The position numbers were made by a program, and so were the translations under genes. Below, in pieces: positions 16,724 to 17,386 of a DNA stretch of 17,386 nt. How positions within the stretch are numbered: position 1 is the first letter of the stretch; each line of letters begins with the position of its first letter. The stretch spans positions 1 through 17,386 of the forward strand of contig JBBQRQ010000107.1 in assembly GCA_038214755.1 (NCBI GenBank). The letters are read 5' to 3'. Below the pieces are notes generated by a model. The model was not told the origin of the DNA, made no database searches, and was given only the letters and a program-made list of their open reading frames with translations. Source of the DNA: Verrucomicrobiota bacterium (GTDB taxonomy: Bacteria > Verrucomicrobiota > Verrucomicrobiia > Limisphaerales > CANJXF01).

Positions 16724-17164
16724 TTAGCCAGACGCACGTCCAGCCAATGATTGGGTGGAAGTCATTCGCAGCTTCCAAAACAGCCCCAAGCAAGCAGTCC
16801 CAAGCACCCCAGTCGCGATCACCAACGGCCAAAAACTATCTGCATGGCTTTTTTCATTCATTGGATGGGATACTGTGGCCAGAACCGCCGAAGCTTTTTT
16901 ACAAGTGGCCAGCAATCCATTCACCTTACTCCGAGGGATGTCGTCCAGGGATAGCTTGCCTAGTGTCTCCAAACGCGAGGCGTTTCCTGTGACCAGACTG
17001 CGCGCCGCAAAGACGTTTTCGTGTGAAGCGATCTTGACTTCTTTCTTGCTTAGTTCAACGACACTCCCAGCGTTCAAAATCTTTTCGACGCTTTCAACGT
17101 CGCGCCCGACCAGCCGAAACGCCGTTATCAACTCCATCGTCACCGCCGCCACTTCCTTATCCAC
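16724..17164 (-). CDS. hypothetical protein with a C-terminal hydrophobic helix; start uncertain
   Basis: Helical ORF with FWPLVIATGVLGTACLGLFW; the frame stays open 29 codons upstream (possible CTG start at 17236). Confidence 0.5.
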   Translation of the reverse strand: MDKEVAAVTMELITAFRLVGRDVESVEKILNAGSVVELSKKEVKIASHENVFAARSLVTGNASRLETLGKLSLDDIPRSKVNGLLATCKKASAVLATVSHPMNEKSHADSFWPLVIATGVLGTACLGLFWKLRMTSTQSLAGRASG

Positions 17165-17386
17165 CTGGACATTGAAGGCTTTCTGTAGCCGGGCTTGCAG
17201 GAGGCGTTTGGTGTAATCATCGGTGGTCTCACTCAGAAGTTGTTTCCCTGCTTATCCGGTTGCTTGACAAATTGGAATTTTCAGCGAATTCTCGGTTCCA
17301 TTGGAAACGCCAGACCCACTATCTTTCGCCAAAAGCGTTTTATGGCATTTGGCAGGACTCCGCGCTGACCTGTATGAGACGCAACT

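Noticed and set aside
16600..16992. ORF containing PISVYEIHV, reminiscent of glycogen branching enzyme
   Set aside because: The match is only a few residues, the flanks do not continue it, and it overlaps other ORFs.

Overview
Bacterial window, possibly Verrucomicrobiota. That placement is inferred from gene content, repeat families and apparently leaderless promoters. Left third (1-5897): four minus-strand housekeeping-type genes (HAD-Nudix fusion, beta-propeller lipoprotein, DUF4197, UvrD/PcrA helicase). Three of them have a different inverted-repeat element at or just after the stop codon. From about 5930 onward: an integrase-free defence/accessory hotspot with an orphan addiction-module antitoxin, MNT-HEPN, DUF433-PIN, a frameshifted type IIG restriction-modification gene, an AAA-DUF4143 ATPase, and an unknown 486-aa gene coupled to a membrane-anchored trypsin-like protease. 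The most striking structure is that accessory modules are separated by headless 3' fragments of ordinary genes. There are three nested DUF1579-like gene ends and one M20 amidohydrolase end, and a diverged piece of the uvrD 3' region lies downstream of uvrD itself. Two DUF1579 copies differ mostly at synonymous sites. This suggests repeated cargo acquisition by recombination at gene 3' ends, giving a cassette stack with no integrase or attC sites. Family names come from motif recognition only; no searches were run.
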